Shown: positions 49,067 to 58,616 of the stretch, piece after piece
Layout of the letters: each line of letters begins with the position of its first letter
How positions within the stretch are numbered: position 1 is the first letter of the stretch
From: Hydrurus foetidus
Taxonomy: Eukaryota
Reading direction: 5' to 3'
NCBI GenBank assembly: GCA_900617105.1
Contig: UYFQ01000714.1
Location: 1 to 58,616 of the forward strand
DNA length: 58,616 nt
Translations under genes and position numbers: made by a program
Notes under the pieces: generated by a model
What the model saw: the letters and a program-made list of their open reading frames with translations, nothing else
Told to the model about the DNA's origin: nothing
The model's database searches: none

Positions 49067-51009
49067 CAAGGGGGTATAAAAGGAGAGGGGGCACTTTGAG
49101 GCCTCTGGGTCCCATAAAATTTTCTCCGATGTCTCTCACTCAAAACATTTATACCCGAGATTCTTATATTGCATCTATTTCATTACGAACCACATGAAGC
49201 ACATATACTCTCAACATAGAAGTCGACCTCCTGACTACAACGATTATTCTTCCCAAGCGTCACAGGCATCCCCGGATTCGCAATTCCTCGCAGCTGAAGC
49301 CAATGTAAGAAAATTTCCAAATCGATGTGCATTGAATAAGAGTTATGTCATGACTGTCGTCCATAATTTCGATGTGGCATCGCTAGATGGACATGACGCT
49401 GTGAATCCAACGTGCACTAAGGACGTCTAATCGGTCTTAAATACCATAAAAATGCCTCCTGAGTGGTTTAGTGCATGGTGCTACTGGAATTATTACCTTT
49501 TTTCGAGTGAGTCACTAACAATCGTCTACTTCACTTTCTATCCAGAAAAATGTCTTCGGACACTGTCGATGGGGTTGAGCTGCTGAGCATATTCAAGGCT
49601 TTCCTAGACCTGAAATTTCATGATTCTGTCAGCGAATCACCCACCTCCATCAATCGGATTAACGAGTGTTTGCTCACAGAGATACTGCACTCAATGTTAG
49701 TAATGCTGTTCTTATCCCAGACGCACCAGATTTACTAAGCAGTACATTAGAAAGTCTAAGTTGATAAATGTCTTTAGAGTACACACGTAGAAAGCCTGTG
49801 ATGAATTGAAATAAGAATGCAATAGGCGTTTTGTGTAATGCTAAGTCTAGACCGTCTGTGAAGCAATGCTGTCATGTAACACAAGACTCTCTGAATGCAT
49901 TTTGCACATTAGTTGAGTTCATTATGATTTGTTTGACTTAATTCACCGGTTCATCAGAATTAAACAAAATCAATACATCGGTGGTCAATGATTGCATGTA
50001 TATACTCTGAATAATTTTTATAAAAATGTAGTTTCCAACTCTAGGGAAATACAGACCCTCAGAGTGCTGTCGAAAAAGGAGGTAATGCGCAGGCATGTCG
50101 TCCGATAATGCAGAAGATCCTAAATCAGCGAGATTGGGTGTAGTATTCGTGAAATACGTCTCGGAAATCGTTGCACAACCGATTATACTTTAATACGTTG
50201 AATATTCTGTGACCGCAAAGATAGCCTTTTATATCATAGATCTTCTCTTTCATTGCTTCTGAGTACTCATCTGTTGTATCGTTTTCTCTCTCTTTTATGA
50301 AATTAGACCAGTGCTGCTTCTTCTCTGTCATAACCCATTTCCAGAAATTTTCTGATAAATAAAGCTCCAATGATCCATACAAAATGTTGCTTTCTTCAGA
50401 AGTGCTGTCGCTCTCATAATCGACAGCCATGTCGAAAGTATCTTTGATACAGGCCAGACAGCTGAACTTCTTCCTTGACTCGTCCCGTAGTTGAATTCTT
50501 TCAGATTCGAACGCTTGAATCATCACTTTGCCAGCTCGCTGACGTTTCTCAATTGAGCCACTCGTGCCGCCAATCGCAACTTTTTGGTATAGTTCAAAAT
50601 AGGCAGCACAAAAGCCGTACAGCAAGACGATGATGTCATTACTCGACTCTGGGACACTCATGCAGCTTCTGAAAAATCCCCAAAAAATGCTTCTTCGCTG
50701 CATGTTAAAAGGGATGCATTCGAAGAGGTTTTGAACGGTACTCCTAAAGATACCATCTTCCTCTGTGAAAACCTCCATGGTCAACTTCCTCATGATGAAA
50801 AGCTGTCGATAGTCTACAACTGAGGCAAGGCTTTGACTGAAGTTTGGTTGCAAGGAAATTTCTCAGGCGGGAGGGAAATGAAGAGAATCTTTCAAATAAT
50901 TAGATGCAGTATAAGAATCTCGGGTATTAATTTTGAGTGAGAGACATCGGAGAAAATTTTATGGGACCCAGAGGCCTCAAAGTGCCCCCTCTCCTTTTAT
51001 ACCCCCTTG
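49067..51009 (-). mobile_element. P-element-like non-autonomous TIR element
   Basis: About 110-bp near-perfect TIRs starting CAAGGGGGTATAAAAGG; 7-bp TSD ATGCCTG (49060-49066, 51010-51016). Confidence 0.85.
49990..50853 (-). pseudogene. Frameshifted ORF remnant inside the P-like element
   Basis: 242-aa ORF with KGYLCGH, then after a frameshift RQHSEGLYFPR, resembling the YIxGY...GLxxP pattern of P-transposase C-termini (inference). Confidence 0.5.
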
Positions 51010-51333
51010 ATGCCTGGCATAATTTGACCCATTTTGATGATAAGTGGCATAATCTTTACGGCAGTGGCATAATTTCATCTACAGTAGGCATAGTAGAAGT
51101 AATGTGCTGAATTTGGTATCATAGTAACTGACCAAATAGATTTTATATCCCTTTTATTGGTACCAACTTATTGCTATTCGAAAAAAGAATGACTGCCGAA
51201 GATACTAAATCAAGGACTTCCTGATTCCTGACTGCGAATTGCGAATCAATTTTCCAAAGTGGAGCATTATCTATTATCTATCGTCAATTATCGTATCATC
51301 GCATCATCGCCGTGCACAATCATATACATCAAA

Positions 51334-53663
51334 ATGGAACAGATTACGGCAGATTACGATAGCGGCACTGAGCAGGAGCAGGAGCAGGAGGAAGATGATA
51401 GACATCCCGCAATATCCTCAGCTTCAAATCATTCCAGCTCGACTTTTTTTTCGCCTCGTACTTCAGCAGCAACCCCAAGATCTGGAGTTACTGTACCCGC
51501 TGTCAGAGGTGGTGTGAAAAAGGTTTTCAAACACATTGAAATTCAGGCTTCAGACGACGACTCAGCGGATGAGGTGGACTACGTCCCTCCAAAAAACTAC
51601 GCTGAGGATAGTGATGACAGTAGCTCCGATGAGTCTGTTGCACCCGAAGTGGGATCGGAAGAAGAAAGAGACAAGATGAAAGAAATAGAGAAAAATTTAC
51701 CGATGGAAAGCAGTCTATGCCGCAAGAGAAAAGTCAAGAAATCAAAAGGAACTTACGCAAGAGCAGCTACAAAAGTCACGACAAACTTAAAATCTAAGAC
51801 ACCGTTCGATCGCGTCAGAGAATACCCAGATCAACCACTAACTGTAGTGAATGGTAAACTATGCTGCAGGGTTTGTAAGAATCAGGTTCTAGCGCTGAAG
51901 GTATCAAGCATTAAGAATCATATCAGGAATGACACTCACAAACGCAACATGGTGAAGGAGGACAAAACTCAACTAACGCTACTAAGCTACAAACAACTTG
52001 TTGAAACCAACGAGTCCGAAGAGTCTGCAGCGGGCGCAACTCTCTCTCTGGATGCAAGCGCGTACCGGATGGCCGTCTGTCATGCCTTCCTGAAATCAGG
52101 GACGCTGTTCGCACTTCTCGACAATGGCTCCGAAATCCGCGACCTTCTCGAGGATGGCCATGCAAAATGTCCGAAGCAGGCTTGCAGTGACATGATTCCC
52201 TTGCTGTACAAGAAAGAGTACGAAGAAATTGTGCGAGAATTAGACGACGTGCACTCCTTTTCTATCAGTTCAGATAGGACTATTAATGTTGCTGAAGCTC
52301 TGGCTGTGGTAAGATTGCTGCATTTTCGAAATCAAGTGCCTTCAATCAATTTACTTCCGACTTCAAAATGCCACAGATTGTGCGGTTCGTCGACAATAAA
52401 AAGACCATACAGTAAAGAGTCCTGGCACTGAGTTTCCTCGACGAACTTTTGACAGGGAATTCTTTGGCTGCCCAAATTATCAAGCAAGTCATGACAATGG
52501 CTCATCAAAATCCTATGAAACTCCGCTTCAACACTGTCGACAGCTGTGCCACGAATGGAGTAGCCAAAGAAGTGATGAGCACAGTTTTTACCCAATGCTG
52601 TGATCTTGTGTGTGTCTCACACACATCGAATCTTCCGATGAAGTTGTTTGAGAAAACTACTGATACAGCTCACAACGTTCTACAGTGCTGGAGTCAGTGC
52701 CTGACTCAAGGATCGAAAGTGCGCGCCGCAACACGCCGTGCGCTTGGAGAAAAAGGCATGAAAAATCATGCCATCCGGTGGATGGCTGAATACCGGACCG
52801 CGGTCCAAGTTGGTGATAATTTCCGATTAATCAAAGACATTATCATCAATGAGGATGTTGGATGTGCCAATCTCATGGACACACTCAAAGGGATAATCAA
52901 TCGCCCCGCCGCCAATGGACTACCTTCTGGTGAACACATCCTCCGTCTGGAGTTAGCTCTTATCAAAGACGTTGGGGACCCGATTGCCTACTTCTGCAAC
53001 CATTATGAGGGCGATGGATTTCTTTCCCCGTACGCTTATGACAGCTGGAATAATCTTATCGGGCATTTGAGAACAGTCGTGAATAGATATGGTGAGGCAG
53101 ACTTTGTCTCATTTATGCGTTATGTCGCAAGAGAAACAGCTGAAGACGATTTGAATGAGGAGCAGCATTTGGTTGAAATGACTATCTTAAAAGCGAGAGT
53201 CGTTCTCGAAAAGCTGGAGTCCAATACAGTAACGAGATTTCGGGATACCCTCCACGTTCTAAGAGGCTGTCGCCTTCTGGGTTATGCTTTTATTAAAGAG
53301 ACTACCTTTGAGGCACTAGAGGAAGGAGTCGATTTCATTCAAAACCTTCCCATAGCGGGGACTTTACTGGATGGTCTCCGAGCAGAACTCAGAACATATA
53401 AGAATTTGGCAGACAACTTTAATGCAGAGGATCCGGACGGTTGGTTGTTTTGGAGGCGATATTTCATTAGACTCCCTTTATGGTACAAGGTAGCTGCAGA
53501 AGTGGCATTAGTCATGTGTTCAAGCGCTGCTGTTGAGAGAGTGTTTTCCTTGTTAAATTGCTTGTTTACTGATCAGCAGAGAAAGTGCTTAAACGACTAC
53601 AAAGAGACTTCTATTATGATACGATACAATGAGAATTTTCGAGAGAAAAAGCAGTATGTGTAG
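51334..53663 (+). pseudogene. hAT transposase with one premature stop (2 exons)
   Basis: Exons 51334-52308 and 52377-53663; CRVC..H..H Zn finger, SISSDRT, TVDSCATN, CVSH, WMAEY, FW..LP..SSAAVERVFS dimerisation motif; in-frame TAA at 52413-52415. Confidence 0.9.
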
Positions 53664-53948
53664 ATTTGTAATTTTTAAAACTAAAGCTTCCAGTAATTTG
53701 ATTCTTCTTGATCAAGGGTATAGAAGTTATTGGCATCGAATTGCGTAAGCAATATCATAGAAAAATATTTTGTACAGTGCATCTTTCAGTGGCATAATTA
53801 CACAATAAGTGGCATAATCTAGCGTCAAAAAGCATGGTAGCATTATCAAGTGGCATAATTCCCTCAAAAAAGGGTCAAAATAGACCTATATTATGCAAGC
53901 ATAATTTTAGAATCTAATGGCAGAATCGCGAAATGGCAATCTTCAATT

Positions 53949-54096
53949 CACGGGAACGCCAAAAAGTTTCCCATATAATTTTTTGCCATAAAATATGCGG
54001 AAAAAGGAAAACTTTCCCATAAAAAGGGTAGTTTAGGGTAAATTTCGGACCTTACCATAAAATAATTATATGGGAAAACTTTTTAGCGTTCCCGTG
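53949..54096. mobile_element. About 150-bp MITE/foldback
   Basis: About 32-bp TIRs cacgggaacgc(c/t)aaaaagttt(t)cccatataatt; TSD unclear. Confidence 0.7.
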
Positions 54097-54113
54097 GATT
54101 GTAGCCTTACGGC

Positions 54114-56785
54114 TGTTGATTAACGTCCGATAGTACAGCAAATAAATCTGATGCAGCAGCTAATAGCGCGGTCACTGATACGATTAGATGCTACTTCCAT
54201 ATATACACACATCGCACTCAATCATCATTTATACAAACATCGTCATTTGAATCAACAGATAGTGAACCACTTCTCGCATAATTTAATTCTAACACTCGTG
54301 AAATACGATCATTCATGTCACCTTTGGTCCGTAATCAAATCTACGGCATCAACAGTTGGAATTAAGAGACATCGACCATGGCCACATTCCCAGTAACTCT
54401 GTTGGACAATCCTCGGCAACAATTCAGATTGTTTTATCGTGCTGCACTTGCCGCATATGGCGCGGCATGCACCACAATATATCAGCACGGCCTGCTCGGC
54501 TACATCGTCACCGACAACCAATGGGAACTTTTGCCCGGTAACAGCGCCCCCAATGCGGATCCTGTTCTCCCCAACGATATCCTTCCTCGCCCCACAATCA
54601 CGATTCCTCCCGCTCCCACTGCAACGGCAAGTGCCCTGACAATTAAAATTTGGGAGCGTAAGCTGGCAGATAATGTGCTGGTCACCGATAGCCTACGAAC
54701 GCTCAAGGCAAACCTCAGCCAGTATTCAGCCGGCAGATTTAGTGACACTCCACGATCCCTTCTTTGGACTACTTAACGTCAGTGCCCTAACTATCATGAC
54801 GCACATCACAGAATTACACGGTACCCTCAATCAGGCCGACTTCGCGCACCTCCGCAGTCAACTATCGCTCACCATGGGCCATAACGAGTCTATTCAAGAC
54901 TTCATCGGAACGCATCAACTTCTACATGATCAGTTTGCTGAGGCACAACAACCTCTCTCGGAGCTCGATAAGTGCCACCACTTCCGCGAAGCAGTTAAGC
55001 CCTTGACACACATCCATCACACCATCGATTCCTACTTGGTTACACATCCCCTAGACGGACAGCAACTATATCGCGAACTGACGACCCATGTTTTTCAACA
55101 AGCGCCTAACTTCACTCCCACGGCAGCGTCAATGGGATATGTGGCCACAGCATCTGCGCCAACAAACGCTCAAACGGAGCCATCATCCGTCGCCACACTC
55201 CTTCAATCTTGAGCATTTGCCGCCCTCCTCACCGCCGCTATCAAACATGCCGCTCCCGACCGTAGAAACGGACGAAATCGATCCGCCGCAAAAAAGATCC
55301 CTGCCTCCGACAATCGGCCGTACTGCTTCCATCATGGGTACGACAGCCACCATGGTGTCGACTGCAGATACATGTCGGCCAATGCCTTCTCCTCCGATGA
55401 ACGAGCCGCTACCACGCACGGCACACTCACAGGCGCTTCCAGTAACCGTCTCTGACCTGCAGGAACGGCTGGAATGCTTCCATGTTCGCTTCACGCACAG
55501 TGTAACTTAACAAGTACAGCATCTCTATCCGTTCCATCTTCTTTTTGCACCGACACGGGATCCACGAATACGTTGATTCGCGAATCAGATGCCAACCACA
55601 TTCATTTCGACGAGCCAACTCTCTACGTGCTGTTTCCCAATGGCAACACAATCGCCTCCATCGGCTCGTGCCTTATTCACATTCCTAACCTCCCTCACTC
55701 ACTGCTCACTCATGTATTCCGTGACGATGTGCTAAACACGTCACTTCTCTCCATCACCCAACTTTGTCAACTTGGTTGTGTCGCCAACTTCAGTGCCACC
55801 ACCGTCACAGTTACCCACAACACTCACACTGTGTTCCAGGGTACCAAGTCATCGGTAACCAACCTTTGGACAGTTCCCATTCCACACCTAGTCGCCACGT
55901 CAATAGCTCATGCTGCTACTGCACTCACTTCCGACGCTAACTTCGTTCGATTTGTGCATGCGGCACTCGGAAGCCCGTCGCATTCCACGTTTCTCAAAGC
56001 CGTTCGACGCGGATACTTGCACTTGTACCCGCGGCTCACATTCGCTCTCGTATCTGCTCATCCTCCACTTGCTATCGCCACGGCTCAAGGACATCTGGAC
56101 CAACATCGACAAAGCCAGACATCCACTGGAGTCCACGTCAATCTCTTCGATATTGACGACGATGATGATAGCGAGGCTAACCAAGCAAAAAAATCTACCT
56201 CGCCAACAGCGCACCAATCATTAGCATACACTCAAGTCGTACTCATGTCAGACACACTACACTCTGACCTAACTGGCCGTTTCTCCGTTACTGCACATAC
56301 CGGCGCTCAGTACCTATTTGTGTCATACCTAGATGGCTACATACACGTGGAGTCCATGAAGACGCGGCATCACATAGATTATATAACAGCATACAAAAAA
56401 ACGCTCAATTATTTCTCTAAACTTGGTCGCCATCCCGCTTTCCAGCGACTCGACAATGAGACATCTGGTTCGTTAGAGGCGTTTGCTCTTGCAAGCAACA
56501 TCTCCATACAGTACTGCCCCCCTCACACTCATCGATCCCTAAAGGCCGAGCGCGCAATTCGAACTTTCAAGAACCATTTTATTGCAACACTCTGCACAGC
56601 ACCTCCTGATTTCCCACTCCTGCTCTGGAATGAGCTACTGCCGCAAGTTGAGCTCTGTTTCAACCATCTCATTCCCTACAGTCCCAACATATCTGTTTCT
56701 GCATATGCGGGCCTCCACGGCGGAGCTTCAACTTCACAAAGCATCCAATTGCTCCTGCCGGAACGCGCATTCTGATACACGATAA
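54114..56785 (+). mobile_element. Decayed, 3'-truncated Ty1/Copia element (diatom CoDi-like)
   Basis: Putative LTR 54114-54354 (TGTTGAT...ATCAACA); gag 54378-55455 with a frameshift and stop, YCFHHG..H...C motif; pol with DTGST, LHSDLTGRF, LDNETS, AERAIRTFKNHF; RT absent. Confidence 0.85.
55456..56785 (+). pseudogene. Copia pol fragment (protease + integrase)
   Basis: 433-aa ORF 55474-56775 with PR then IN order; frameshift near 56725. Confidence 0.85.
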
Positions 56786-58616
56786 GCCTGCTGTCTGCGT
56801 CACGCATACCCAGCCATATGTTATTTGTTTTCTTTAAATTTCGCAGTGTGCGTTGTACACCACCATGTCCGACTATCGTGTTATGGCACGTTGCAATTAG
56901 GTTACATTGCTCGGTCGTCATTGGTTTGTGTGTCAGAATAGCTGCTATTACTCCTGTTTTAGGTAGCATTCTGTTTTTACATAGGCGAGACATTGCGTCA
57001 GCAATTTCATTTTGTTTCCCTGGGATATACCCTATCGTATATTCTAGTTCCTGCAGGGCCATACGCCATCTGCCGACCATCTCGTTTTTATCCTTTTCTA
57101 GGAACGTAAGATTTTTGTGGTCTGTTAGGATTGTGAATTTACGATCTCGCAGCAGTGCGTCGAGATAAGTACAGCAATAATATAGCGCGAAGGCTTCTTT
57201 TTGTATTACTGACCATTTCAGTTGAGTCTTGGTAAGAGACTTGCTGACAAGAGCGACGAGTTGTTTTTCTCCGTCGACTTCTTGATACAAATAGCCGCCG
57301 ATACCGTAATCCGACGCATCGGTCATAAGGGTTATGGGCGCTGTATCGTGTATAAAATATAATAAAGGACTCCTTGCAATTAGATCTTTTATCTTTTGAA
57401 AAGAATTTGCGGCGTCATCTGTCCAGATTAGCATTGATTGCTTTTTCGCGGTGTGATCTATCATTTTATGCAGTGGTGCCACCACGTTGGAGTGATTTGG
57501 TACATGATCCCGAAAATAATTGGTGAGTCCGAGAAACGATCTTAGTTCGGTCGTCTTTCTTGGCATAGGAAAGTCGGTCACACCTCTTATCTTTTGGAAC
57601 TCATAGTTATACCTTCTTTAGATATTTGCTTACCAACATATTCAACTATTTGCACATTTAGCTTAGCTTTGCGGCTTTTAGTGAAATGTTCTTTTCTTCG
57701 AGACGTTGAAATACAATTTCTAATCGTTCGCAGAATTGATCAAATCCATTACCATAAACGATGATGTCGTCGAGGTATACTTCACAGATTTGGTATATTT
57801 GTCCTAAAAGGACTATTGAGGCCATCATTTCTTGGAAATATGAGGGGGCCCTCTTTGGTCCGAAAGGTAGTCGGGTGAAGTGGTAGATGCCCATAAATGT
57901 TATGAAAGCGGTATACACACGTGTGCTTAGCGTTAACGGTGCCTGGTGATATCCTGCAGTGAGGCCTATTACACCGAATGTGTCAGCTTTTTGTGAACCT
58001 AATCTTGCTAACATTTGTTTAATATTAGGGATTGGCCAGCTTGCTGATTCCGTTGCGTCGTTGAGGTGACGATAGTCAATACAGAATCGGTATAAACCGT
58101 CGGGCTTTGCCGCGAGTGTTACTTGCGAGTAGTATGATGCCTCTGATTTGACTATTATACCCTGTTCGAGCATAGTGTCAACTTGTTTTCGGATTTCGAC
58201 CTGTTTTCGTGTAGACGTTGGTCTGGGTGCCACGCGGTTTTTGAAAACTTTCCACTCTGGATCCCGTACGGGTAGCCCAAAGGGGGGAATTCGCGCGGGC
58301 TCTGGTCCGAGTTTGTTGTTGAATAGCTTTATGTGTTTGACACAAATTGCTCTAATTTTGCTTGTTGTTCAGGGGTACCATCGATTCTGTATGAGATCGA
58401 TGAGGTACATTTGTCCTCTGTTGGATTGTCTTGGAAAGGAGCGAAGGTATCTTTCGACTTGTAGTCAATCTCTTCGGGTCCGAAGGGTTGAACCTCTGGG
58501 AGTTCTTCACGCTCCCGGAGTAGAGCAGCAACTAAACCAAGTGTTTGGGCTGGTGCCTTGGATGAGGGAGTAGGAGTAGCTAATTCCGGACTCCTGTCGG
58601 CTGTTACACCTAAATA
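56786..58616 (-). pseudogene. Decayed Ty3/Gypsy pol fragment (RT, RNase H, start of integrase) running off the window
   Basis: RFCIDYRHLN, RLPFGPK, VYLDDII, LRSFLGLTNYFR, TDASDYGIG, TDHKNL, ADAMSR, H..GHGG; frameshifts near 57590-57660; first catalytic Asp appears as G (VIGLTAGYHQ). Confidence 0.92.

Larger units (their letters stand above)
38152..53939 (+). mobile_element. hAT DNA transposon carrying nested pogo-like, chromovirus and P-like insertions
   Basis: 8-bp TSD TCTTCAAT at 38144-38151 and 53940-53947. 20-bp TIR tt(a/g)ccatttcgcgattctgc, the left copy split at 38167/49001. Repeated tggcataat subterminal motifs at both ends; hAT transposase inside. Confidence 0.92.

Overview
Eukaryotic DNA with GT-AG spliceosomal introns. 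Several genes have signal-peptide + 'S/A-F' bipartite plastid presequences, so the host is probably a photosynthetic stramenopile (ochrophyte, possibly a chrysophyte; inference). 1-21.5 kb and 34.5-37.7 kb hold host genes: a DUF445-like membrane protein, plastid IF-2, a tandem-domain His-tailed protein, an alpha/beta hydrolase, an SGNH hydrolase, an SRPBCC/polyketide-cyclase protein, peptide deformylase, a kinase-like protein and a small Lys-rich protein. The rest is two nested transposon stacks whose ends and target-site duplications resolve to the base. Stack 1 (21772-31590): TA-flanked TIR element > Crypton tyrosine-recombinase element > Harbinger-type non-autonomous element > autonomous Harbinger, each inserted within about 15-27 bp of the left end of its host. 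Stack 2 (38152-53939): hAT > pogo-like DDE element (in the hAT TIR) > young chromovirus, plus a P-like element in the same hAT. The chromovirus (39722-47619, LTRs 401/402 identical) is the most unusual object: RT motif IFDN in place of YxDD, CCCH zinc finger in Gag, in-frame UAG + stem-loop between gag and pol, TG...TA LTRs with a 4-bp TSD, no tRNA-type PBS, an antisense cysteine-peptidase-like ORF and a tRNA-Val-like sequence before the PPT. The window ends in decayed Copia and Gypsy fragments. All family calls come from motif reading; no searches were run.
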